Part shown: positions 63,601 through 64,000 of the stretch, in pieces
How the letters are laid out: every line of letters starts with the position of its first letter
How positions within the stretch are numbered: the stretch's first letter is position 1
Source: Podarcis gaigeae
Lineage: Eukaryota
Direction: 5' to 3' (one strand)
Assembly (NCBI GenBank): GCA_964106915.2
Contig: OZ066917.1
DNA: 64,000 nucleotides
The notes under the pieces: generated by a model
The model's database searches: none
Told to the model about the DNA's origin: nothing
What the model saw: only the letters and a program-made list of their open reading frames with translations
Program-made: the position numbers and the translations under genes

Positions 63601-64000
63601 ATACACCAGTCATACCAATATCTATACTTGCCATGCATCATTTTATTGCCGGAGTTTACCCTGCTGAACTGCTGGGAGAAAGCAATGGCAGAAAGAAGGG
63701 TCATTGGGAAAATATAATCTTCTTTTATGTATCTGTAATATGTGATTTCAAAGTTATGGAGATACCTGCTACATTTGAAGGATAAGGCAAAATATAGAGT
63801 GCCAACAATTTTCCTTTATTGGATGCTGAGATCTCTTAAAGCTTATTTCAGTACCTTTAATTCTGGTAATACATTGGCATCAGCATGTAGATGAAAAATG
63901 TTTCATTAGGTTAGAAGACATGCTAATATAAAATAGCAACAGAGGCAGAATGGGACAATAAAATATGAGAGGCAGTATGGCATGGCAATTAAGTGCAGTA

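Overview
Repeat-rich, AT-rich vertebrate genomic DNA, almost certainly from a squamate reptile and probably a lacertid lizard (judged from full-length Sauria-type SINEs with GGGACGCGGGTGGCGCTG heads and (ACCTTT)n tails, plus BovB/RTE, CR1, L2 and L1 fragments). I recognise no host protein-coding gene; most ORF-track entries are chance or TE-derived, so the window reads as intronic or intergenic, with several enhancer-like non-repetitive blocks in the right half. Two things stand out. (1) Three solo LTRs (11450-11907, 25575-26066, 57072-57831) look unrelated at the DNA level, yet each has a reading frame open from LTR base 2. Each encodes an acidic low-complexity tract followed by the same gap-free motif, [ST]P-x-x-R-R-x-x-[KR]-x-x-E-x-[RK], which suggests a conserved LTR-encoded protein module. 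(2) A compact ~1.2-kb DIRS/Ngaro-like insertion (about 6299-7488) carries only an SGNH-hydrolase ORF followed by a 3' region with long-range complementarity and four UGGCGG motifs. Also present are many hAT and Tc1/mariner MITEs with readable TSDs, nested TE clusters and a few candidate minus-strand exons. Family names come from my recall of repeat consensus sequences, not from a database search.
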